This document shows, one piece after another, positions 54,065 to 64,000 of a DNA stretch of 64,000 nt. The DNA is from Octopus sinensis. Lineage: Eukaryota. The stretch lies in assembly GCF_006345805.1 (NCBI RefSeq), contig NC_043005.1, positions 42,780,001 to 42,844,000 on the forward strand. Direction: 5' to 3'. A program made the translations under genes and the position numbers. How positions within the stretch are numbered: position 1 is the stretch's first letter; every line of letters starts with the position of its first letter. A model generated the notes under the pieces. That model was not told the DNA's origin. It saw nothing but the letters and a program-made list of their open reading frames with translations, and made no database searches.

Positions 54065-54403
54065 CAAGAAAAAAGCAACAAAAATGGATCAATATTTCGG
54101 TACAATTGTTTCGTACGAAGACCACCTTTATTAAGGCTGAAAATATTGCAGCAAATACACGTGACCCGTACTCATCAGTACGGGTCACGTTATTTGCTGC
54201 AATATTTGCAGCCTTAATAAAGGTGGTCTTCGTACGAAACAATTGTACCGAAATATTGATCCATTTTTGTTGCTTTTTTCTTGTTTATAATCACCCCGCA
54301 TTATCTTATGGTTAATACCATATAGATTTCTGGTGCATTTAAGTTCAGTACCTCATTCATGTGAATTCAACAGAACTCACTTGAATCTTAATTGCTTTTA
54401 CTG
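54065..54403 (+). mobile_element. Fold-back insertion of the hammerhead-bearing family (arm 54065-54178)
   Basis: Inverted arms of about 110 bp; CTGATGAG only on the inverted arm; GAAAC-AATT-GTA; (TA)n flanks. Confidence 0.8.
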
Positions 54404-54857
54404 TATATATATATATATATAATTTATTTGTAATTTTTAATTTGTAAATATTATACAAATGCCTTTTCATGTAGAACTTCATTTCATCAAAAAATTCTCC
54501 TCAAAACTGAATGTTTGAAAGAAAAGGGGAGACAGTACATTTTGTATTCTAAATCTAATTCAAAGCGGAGAAAAAGAAAGAAAGAGAAAAAAGGGGAAAA
54601 GAAGAGAAAAGAAGGGGGAGAAAGAGCGGAGACAGAGAAAGAAAGCAAAAGACTTTCAGTGATGACCACACCACACCTGTATTTTTCTTTTTTTTTTTAG
54701 AAGAGGTCACCATCCTTAAGCCCATTCCAATACAATAGTACATTACTAAATAAATAAATGAATGGTGAATAGGAAGGGGGATCCCCTTCTCTATCTCCCT
54801 CTCTCTACCTATCTATCCGTCTGACTATCTATCTATTATCCTATCTATATACCTATC

Positions 54858-55278
54858 CGCCGAGGTCGACTTTGCCTTTCATCCTTTCGGGGTCGATAAA
54901 TAAAAGTACCAGTTTCGCACTGGGGTCGATGTAATCGACTTAATCCCTTTGTCTGTCCTTGTTTGTCCTCTCTATGTTTAGCCCCTTGTGGGCAATAAAG
55001 AAATATATATACCTATTTATATCTATCCAATCTATATACCTATTTTTTAGGCGGCGAGCTGGCAGAAACGTTAGCACGCCGGGCGAAATGCGTAGACGTA
55101 TTTCGTCTGCCGTTACGTTCTAGGTTCAAATTCCGCCGAGGTCGACTTTGCCTTTCATCCTTCCGGGGTCGATAAATCAAGTACCAGTTACGCACTGAGG
55201 TCGATGTAATTGACTTAATCCGTTTGTTTGTCCTTGTTTGTCCCCTCTATGTTTAGCCCCTTGTGGGTAGTAAGAAAT
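54858..55278 (+). mobile_element. Two family A SINEs (partial 54858-55007, full 55049-55278)
   Basis: Consensus match. Confidence 0.85.
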
Positions 55279-55539
55279 ATATATACTTATTTATCTATCC
55301 ATCAGCCTATCTGCCTACCTATATTTCTATCTATCTCCATTGTAATGGAACCTCACCCCAAAAAACAAAATCAATGTTCTCAAAACCCCACAAAAAACAT
55401 GTTTTATATAAATGAACAAGTTGTTTGTACATTCACAAAATTTTATTTGAGAAGCTCGAGAAACGAACGAAAGCGCTAATAAAGATGAAGAAATAAAAAG
55501 ATTTTTTCTAAAATTCTGACGACTCCAATATATATATAC

Positions 55540-55716
55540 AGACGCAGGAGTGGCTGCGTGGTAAGTAGCTTGCTTACCAATCACAAGGTTCCGGGTTCTT
55601 TCCCACTGCGTGGCACACACGTGCCTTCTACTATAGCCAGGTGCCGACCAAAGCTTTGTGAGAGGATTTGGTAGACGGAAACTGAAAGAAGCCCGTCGTA
55701 TATATATCTCTCTCTC

Positions 55717-55748
<32 letters not shown>

Positions 55749-55976
55749 TATATGTGTCTGTATATGTTTGTGTGTCTGTTTGTTCCCCCAATACCGCTTG
55801 ATAACCGATGTGTTTACGTCCCCGTAACTTAGCGGTTCAGCAAAAGAGACCGATAGAGTAAGTACTAGGCTTAGAAAGTATAAGTCCTGGGGTCGATTTG
55901 CTCGACTAAAGGCGGTGCTCCAGCATGGCCACAGTCAAATGACTGAAACAAATAAAAGAGTAAAAGAGTAAAGAGT
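55540..55976 (+). mobile_element. Family B SINE, full length
   Basis: Consensus match. Confidence 0.85.
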
Positions 55977-56324
55977 ATATACGACGAGCTTCTTTCAATG
56001 TTTTGTCAACTAAACCCACTCACAAGGCTTCGGTCGCCCCATGGCTCTAGTTTTAAAAAAAACAAGAAAGCAATTGTCGAGAGTGCCATGCAGTTAGACT
56101 AAGACCGAAACTATATACTTGGAAATCAAACTTCTTGTGAGTTTTTGTCTCACTGGTCTTCGAGAAATTTCGATAAGAGTGTTCGTTTATTTTTGCAACA
56201 CATGCGTATTATTTCAGGTTGTTATTATGACATGCGTCATGGTACAGTCGTCATTGTTGTTGTTCTTGCTATTGTTGCTGTTACTGATAATTATTCTCTG
56301 CATATATATATATATATATATAAA

Positions 56325-56490
56325 TATACGACGGGCTTCTTTCAGTTTCCGTCTACCAAATCCTCTCACAAGGCTTTGGTCGGCACCTGGCTATAGTAGA
56401 AGGCACGTGTGTGCCACGCAGTGGGAATGAACCCAAATCCTTGTGATTGGTAGCAAGCTACTTACCACGCAGCCACTCCTGCGCCTGTAT
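56325..56490 (-). mobile_element. Family B SINE head
   Basis: Inverted near-copy of 55540-55700. Confidence 0.8.
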
Positions 56491-57363
56491 ATATATATAT
56501 AGTTTTACTGTTAATTTTGCGTATATTGTAGGACACAAGTGTTTCCTAGTTCTCTGTTTTGCAGTTATTATTTTACTTCATTTTATTTTTTTTTTTTTGT
56601 TTAGTAATTTGATGTTCGGATATATTTCAGTTCTGTGTTGTTTAAACACATTGTGTTTGAGGCCGTCTGGTTTTTTTTTTCGTAAGTTTGACTATTTCTG
56701 GTGTATAATTACTGCTATGTTTGTTGCGTTGTTTTCTAAGATTTTGTTTTATACATTCTTCTATAACTATTTTGTTGAACGTATCAGCTACAGTCTCTCT
56801 GTTGTTGAATTCCGAAAACTTATATTCTACGTCTTGATGGAACATTTTACCAGTTTGTTTTTTTTTAAAGTTTTCCTTCCTTTATTGACGAGCGAGTGTA
56901 TTGTGATGATAATTTGTCGTAGTCCGAGTTGAAGAATTGTTTGGCAAGTGGTTTTGGTAGCTATATGTATGGTCCGGAAGGTGATTCATTGAGAACGTTC
57001 ATATAGTCGGCTTGGTGAAGAACGTGTGTATAAGTGTATCTGTGTGTGTGTGTGCGTCTGCGTGCTTTGTTATACATTGTAGAGGATACAAAATGAAACT
57101 AGCTGCGATGTTATTGCATCACCTTTCTTGTTATCTGTATTATTTGAAAACCACGAGGTGTTTAACACATTGAAGTTTCTCAAAACAATGGCGTTACTGA
57201 GACGAAAACTGATGCACCTTAGAAGTGTAACCATACAATGACTGTTGGTCAGGTTGGTGGTGGGTAAGAAATGTCTAATATATCTATTGCATTGTGTAGG
57301 TAGGTTCGTCTGTGATTATATCATTTTCTAATATAGCCCTGTTTCATGTTAGTTTTCGAACGT

Positions 57364-57763
57364 TACTCTTTCTCTCTCTTTTTCTTGTTTCAGTCAATTT
57401 GACTGCGGCCATGCTGGAGCACCGCCTTTAGTCGAGCAAGTCGACCCGGGGACTTATTCTTTTGTAAGCCCAGTACTTATTCTATCGGTCTCTTTTGCCG
57501 AACCGCTAAGTGACGGGGATGTAAACACGCCAGCATCGGTTGTCAAGCGATGCTAGGGGAACAAACACAGACACACACACATATATATATACATATATAC
57601 GACAGGCTTCTTTCAGTTTCCGTCTACCAAATCCACTCACAAGGCTTTGGTCGGCCCGAGGCTATAGCAGAAGACACTTGCCCAAGATGCCACGCAGTGG
57701 GACTGAACCCGGAACCATGTGGTTAGTAAGCAAGCTACTTATCACACAGCCACTCCTGCGCCT
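57364..57763 (-). mobile_element. Family B SINE, full length
   Basis: Consensus match. Confidence 0.85.
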
Positions 57764-58439
57764 GCGTTATTTATGATATTTATATATTTCATCAAATTCT
57801 TGACGTATGTTTACAAGAAAACTCACGTTGTAAAAGAGATTGTTTCTAGTAATGTCGGATGTTTCGGAATTCTGGGTATAAGAATGTTTCCTGAATGACG
57901 TGGGTGATAATAAAATCATTTTACCGGGTAAGAGCACTGAGTAGCGATTCTCTTTTACTCTTTTTTACTTGTTTTAAGTCATTTGACTGCGGCCATGCTG
58001 GAGCACCGCCTTTAGTCGAGCAAATCGACCCCAGAACTCATTCTTTGTAAGCCCAGTGCTTATTCCATCGGTCTCTTTTGTCGAACCACTAAGTTACGAG
58101 AACGCAAACACACTAACATCGGTTGTCAGACGTGTCCATCTTCTTGTCATGTGAGACTTGGAGTATCCAGGAATAGATTATGTAAAGTGTTCTTTTTAAA
58201 GTAAGTTGAGTTTTTTTAAAGATTAGACTGCTATTTCTAGCAGACAGATAAGGTGCATACATACTCCCTTGTTAGCTCGGCTGTGATAATAGTGGTGGTG
58301 GTGGTAGTAGTACTAGTGGTAGTTTATCTTCAGATTATACTTTATTTTTAACATGTGTTCAACTACCTACTTGTGTTGGTGTTGCGGTACGATTGCAAAG
58401 CCATAAAAAAGAGTGTAAGATTGTTATATTGTTTGGTGC

Positions 58440-59197
58440 ATCTTTCGGAAATATTTTGATAATAAAACGTTGCCTTATATATTTTGGGGTACTCATTCGA
58501 AATATCAAATAAGCTCTTTTCCATCACCTAGGGTTTCTCGCAATCTAGGGATAAAATATACCATCATTTTTAGGTAAATCCACAAATGATAGGACAAAAT
58601 GAAACTAATAGAAATGAATTTAGCAATTTATTTAGTAATTAAAATGGTACAATTGCAGCTAAAAGGTGAGAGTATAGATTAGATTTTGACAAAGATTCCA
58701 ATCATTGTTTGGATTCAGCACCACAAAATCTCTTCTTTTTCACTTGGAAACTTACTCCTGGAACTCTTTCGCTTATGAACATTTGATTGACTTTCCCGAT
58801 GCTGCAGTAATCGGCCATCATATTGACATTCCATGTTCTCTGACATCTTCGTGTCTCCTTTATGCCTTGATGAAACCTTTTCCCCTGCCCCTCATTGACG
58901 TCTCCCAGATTTTCCGGCAAGAAGCCCAAATGGGCATGTAGGAAATGAACTTTAATGCTCATTTTAAATCCTAAGCCCCCTCTTTTACTCTTTTACTTGT
59001 TTCAGTCATTTGACTGTGGTCATGCTGGAGCACCGCCTTTAGTCGAGGAAATCGACTCCAGAACTTATTCTTTGTAAGCCTAGTATATATTCTATCGGTC
59101 TCTTTTGCCGAACTGCTAAGTTACGGGGACGTAAACACACCAGCATCGGTTGTCAAGCGATGTTGGTAGGGGGACAAATACAGACACACAAACATAT

Positions 59198-59258
<61 letters not shown>

Positions 59259-60952
59259 ACGGGCTTCTTTCAGTTTCCGTCTACCAAATCCACTCATAAG
59301 GCTTTGGTCGGCCCGAAGTTATAGTAGAAGACACTTGCCCAAGGTGCCACGCAGTGATACTGAACCCGGAACCATGTGGTTGGTAAGCAAGCTACTTACC
59401 ACACAGCCACTCCGACGCCTACACCTCGAAAATTTTCTAGCATTTTCCCCACTGTATTTGTAATATGGATCCTTGTGATTAGCCAATAAGTTGTTCATCA
59501 CATCTTTTTCAGAATCACTAGGAGAATTTCAGAATTTTCCTCCTCCATGTGTTTTCTTATATCTAATCTTAACCATTTATACACTCTTCAACCTTGGCAT
59601 CTGAGAAAGCAATGAAGTTGCTACGCAGATACATGAAGCACTCTCCACCCTGTGACAAGGGTTTTATGAATTGCTTGAGGCCTTGTTTTGTATGCAAAGG
59701 AGGAAAAATAACCCTTTTCGGACCAACCAAACTTTCTCAAAAAATATGTTCCTGGTATCAGTGTACCCCAGCTTGGCCATTCCTTTTTAGATCAAGGGAT
59801 GTTTCTAGCTCTACTGTCACACTCAAGAAAAAAGGAAGCTGTGTCGACTAAGTATTGTCCAAGCAACATGCAATATTACTTTCAAGTTGCTGTAAATCAT
59901 CCAGTTGTGATCTTTGAATTTAATCTTGTGTGTAAGAGTGACACTAAGTTTTCCTGTTTCCTTCATGATCACTGAATCTTCACCTCACCGTCCTTGCTAT
60001 TTACGTCTGGTCCATGGACAAGCCACAATGCAGTTGCGAGATGTGGATAATAAATGTTTTCCCCACTCTTTGAATTGTGTCCTTGTACCTTGCATGAGCA
60101 AAAGTAGCAGTCATCACTGTGATTTTTAGGTTCGCCCCATATCGTTAGAACCCCCAAAATGAAATGACTTCTTTGTACGTTTTGTCCATTGTCTTAGTCT
60201 TTCAATATAAATTGAGCAGGCCTTATGAGGAGCCCACTTCTTATCTTGATCTCCTAATTTCACACCAAAGCAAGCATAATAAGATATTTTGACAAGTTCA
60301 GTAATGATTTTCTGACGCTTCTTAGTCATAAATTCGCCATAAATGTATCAAAAGTTACCCGGGGTTTGCTGCACATCTAGATGACATCCATGCTTCATAA
60401 GACGCGGAATGTCTGTAAGGGAACGAGGTAGGGACAAATTTTTAACAGGTTTCATTTGATCTACCATCTAAATGTATACATAATATCGTTAAAGAAGCAT
60501 TGAAATGTAACATATGATACAAGAAAACAATGGATGTAACATATATGAATTGAAAACAGACATGAAGAATTAACCGAAATATAAAAGAAAATGTCTTAAC
60601 CTAAGCAACCTTGTAAAGCACGTCTTTCTCTCCTCACTGTTAGCAGGTGACTGAGACGAATGTGATGCAGACACTTCTCTGTATAGCTGAAGCGTTCTAA
60701 ACATTGCCAGATGCTTATTTTTCGAAATTACATTTATTTATACTGTTATAGTCTGTTTAAATATGGTAATTAATAGTAATAATAAAATACAATAGTCAAA
60801 TTCAGGTATAATGGTAAAATGCAATGATCGAAATTGTGAAGAAACTGTACGTGATAGGAAATTTCTTTGTAATTTTTTAAATCAGCAAGTAAAAAAAAAT
60901 ATCATTTTCACCCAATAAATATGAAACATTTTTTTTTTGGTCGCAGCCCCGT
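58440..60952 (-). mobile_element. Decayed, internally deleted Chapaev3-like (CMC) DNA transposon; boundaries approximate
   Basis: FGVKLGDQDKKWAPHKAC, EPKNHSDDCYFC, PPLHTKQG, MSIKVHFLHAHLGFLPENLGDVNEGQGKRFHQ, MMADYC; family name from recall. Confidence 0.7.
58980..59420 (-). mobile_element. Family B SINE nested in the Chapaev-like transposase
   Basis: Consensus match that interrupts the transposase frame. Confidence 0.85.
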
Positions 60953-61129
60953 GTAGTTTACTTTTCACTGACTGGTAACTAATTCTCATATGTTCAAAGT
61001 CATTTTAACATTGAGAAAAAAGAAATGATCAAATTATCTTCTGTGAATAAGCAATACTCGTAAAAGGAACAGCATACATTTAATGGTTGTTTGTAAACTA
61101 ATGAGACACCTGACTTTAATGTGATTTAC

Positions 61130-61455
61130 TAATTTCATTTAGTCCCAGTGGAATATTTGATAAAGCGATATGTAGTTCAATTTCCAACGATAATACGCAG
61201 TGCTGCGGCTTCGTTTTGATCTTAACTGAATGATGAGAACGTCATCTCAAAGAAATATATGGTAGAAAAGGGAAGTAATGCTTTTAAAGCCTTTTTCTGC
61301 AATCTCTGGATATTCCTTTAGTGTCGTTATCCAGATTGTGTCAATAGAATGTTCGGAAAATTGTGAATTTAATGAGTTATCAGTGGGTTGGTTTAGTTCT
61401 GTAGCAGTGAGATTAGTAGTATCGTCAGAATTCACAAATAATGACACATCTTACC
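61130..61455 (-). mobile_element. hAT (Buster/Charlie-like) transposase C-terminal dimerisation domain remnant
   Basis: IWITTLKEYPEIAEK; the alternate frame gives STTYFFEMTFSS. Confidence 0.65.
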
Positions 61456-62083
61456 AATGAAAATGACTGACAAAAATTGTGAATCAGTGAATGTCGTAGT
61501 TGAATGTTAAAATATTAGTATTCGTATCTGTACTTTCGTATGATTAATTGTCTCAGTGTTTCAAAAACACTGAAGTATGCCTGAAATCGCAGAATGGCCT
61601 TTTTTTAGGATCAAGTTTGTTTTTGTTTTATTTGGTGGGTTTTTATTTTTGTTGGAGGCGGAGGGGGAAGCGTCTGTATTGCTTATTGAAACAATTAGTT
61701 TTATATTGCTGGCTTTGATTCCTCATGATGGCTTAGTCGACGAAATACGCCAACGAGATATCCTGGCCCAGTACATTGATTATTGTGTTAAATATTGAGG
61801 AAATGAAGGCTTTCGATCTCTGAAAAACACAGCCACCTCAGTGTCCTGTTCATAAAAATAATGTAGTACTCTTTAAACGTGAAACAATCAACGCATTTCA
61901 GTATGAAACAAAACTATGAGAAATACGATCACGTCGCGATGTTTATAACAGCTACTGTTTATAACTCGCTCTAAGATTTATTATTGCTTGTTTACACTTT
62001 TTCGATATCAGTGTCTGTACGATACTGGAAAAAGGATATGTATTTGTGAAGGGAACCTACTTTTCATCGACAACTGTGATTGT

Positions 62084-62128
62084 CACACGCCGATGACGGG
62101 TCAATACCCAGAAACTCGAGTCCGCGTG
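62084..62128 (+). ncRNA. Minimal hammerhead motif with U4C change
   Basis: CACACG-CCGATGA-C-GGGT-CAAT-ACCC-A-GAAAC-TCGA-GTC-CGCGTG. Confidence 0.6.
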
Positions 62129-63552
62129 TATCACAAGTTCAAGACGGGAAGGATGGCTTCCCTTTGCAAATACTGATAGGGCACAGAAAGTGTGTCTATA
62201 GCCAGCTGGAGGAGGTGTCCTCCTGGGGCTACAAACTACAGTAGCATCCACCCTTAGGGGTTAGCCATATTTAAATGGCAAATATACGTCACGATGTGTT
62301 GCAGTTACTGTTTATAACTCGCTCTAAGATTTATTATTGAATGTAAATAATGTAAATAATGTACAGAATTGTTCATCTCAAAAATATAGAACGGGTAATT
62401 TTTTGTTTCATAGAAGTAATCATTGATGGCACCAATATCTGCACACATTGCTATCTTTCACTTCAACTCTCACATTAGTCCATGAGTGCAACCTGCAAGA
62501 AATAGCAGCCAAATAACACTCAACATTTTGCATTCGTAAAAAAAAGAAAGAACACTTTGGATAATATTGTGTAATCGTCCGTGTGTTTGTGAATGAGAGT
62601 GTGTGTATGTGCCTGCGCGCGCGCGCGCGTGTGTGTGTGTTAGAACGCGGCGAGGCTATCCCAATATGTCACCTTCCGGTTGCAGCTTTGTAGGATGCCT
62701 GTAGTTACCCATGCAACAAGTCTCTACATGGCGGATGTTGTCAAAACATCTTTCTCGCATTCTACTGATTCCACAGAACCACCGTCTTTATGTCATTTTG
62801 TTTATTTTCCAGTTGTAGTTGCCAATATTGTTGTCTATGTTCTTGTTATAACGAAGAAGAGCGTGAAACTGGCGGTAATGAGCGAAGACGATGGCTGTGT
62901 AGTTGATTAAGTTATTTAACAATTGACTATAATGTGCTGTGTGTATGTGTGTCGCTCTCAGTATATTTACTTCTTTTATTAATATATCGGATAAGTTCTG
63001 CTCGGCATAAAAAGGCTGCTTTTCTAAAACTCCGATCTCCTTCCTCGGCTTAAACTGACCTCTCCGTAATCGTAATTCTCTTACGATCTTCTCTTTCATG
63101 TTGTTCGATGATGACAGATCTCCAACGTTTTCTCTTGAAAATGCGTCAGGCACCATTTTACCAGTTTCAGTGATTCGAAGCCTGCAGGAATTTTTTTTGT
63201 TCCTCTTTCTGTTTGAGAGAGGAGAAAGATATATCAATACCATATCTACATTCTTAACTTCACGACTTTTTTTTTTCATTCCCAGCCGTTTCCTTTATAA
63301 TTAGTAAACTTTTCTTATGCTCATCACGTTTGTCCTATGCTCTTGATATAAAGAGACTTTAAACGTAGACCTGTTAAACTTATGAATTCAACGTCTGGAA
63401 TAAAGTATGCAAACATATCTAAGAATGTATTTCACTATTGATATCCAGAATGCATTTTACTGGCTGTTTTTGTCTTAAGTACCTTTATATTTCGACACTC
63501 GCAAACGCGTACACACACACAAATACATTCACACATTCTCACGCAAGTTTGT

Positions 63553-63593
<41 letters not shown>

Positions 63594-64000
63594 AATTAGT
63601 CTGAATGTGTTTGTGTGTGTGTGTTTTCAAAACACGCTTAAATTTATGGAAACAGTTACAAGAGCATTTCCATTACTACTTGATTTCTCCATTACATAAT
63701 TTCCAAGGTAAAATGATATTCCATCTTGCTGTCATACGCACACACACACACACACATATATATGTGTGTATGTATGTGTGTATACGTATATATGTATGTG
63801 TATGTGTATAAATATACATGTATGTATATGTGTAAATAGACACAAACTTCTCCCCTTGGTTTTGTCTAAATATGAATCTGAAGTCCTTACAATTATCTAC
63901 TCGACAGTTAAATCAACAGCAATGGAGCGGGGCAGGGAGAGATAGTACCAAATATCTCGCTACTGAGTGTTCCGTTTAGCAATTATCTCTTCGAAATGAA

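Noticed and set aside
56560-57030. Possible LINE linker remnant on the minus strand
   Set aside because: No diagnostic motif; too degenerate to call
62788-63279. 163-aa minus-strand ORF
   Set aside because: Low-complexity K/R-rich start and no domain evidence

Overview
AT-rich, repeat-dominated eukaryotic DNA. The tRNA-derived SINEs and microsatellites resemble those I recall from Octopus genomes (inference, not a database result). No host protein-coding gene is confidently identifiable, and nearly all listed ORFs are microsatellite noise or decayed transposon frames. Contents: a decayed Penelope-like element (RT plus C-terminal GIY-YIG), three RTE-type LINE remnants, a near full-length mariner, a Chapaev3-like transposon, a hAT remnant, several MITEs, many SINEs and one 100-N gap. 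The main unexplained signal has two linked parts. First, six recognisable plus several degenerate minimal type I hammerhead ribozyme motifs whose stem III loops differ but are almost always palindromic (AGCT, GATC, AATT, TCGA), lying 90-200 nt upstream of microsatellite tracts. Second, five fold-back (head-to-head inverted) insertions embedded in (TA)n, with arms of about 50 bp to 1.15 kb. Three fold-backs are one hammerhead-bearing family, and their inverted arm ends at the same point, 36-39 nt past the predicted cleavage site, beside an internal TATA-like motif. This suggests a (TA)n-targeted Penelope-like retroelement that routinely integrates as a palindrome.
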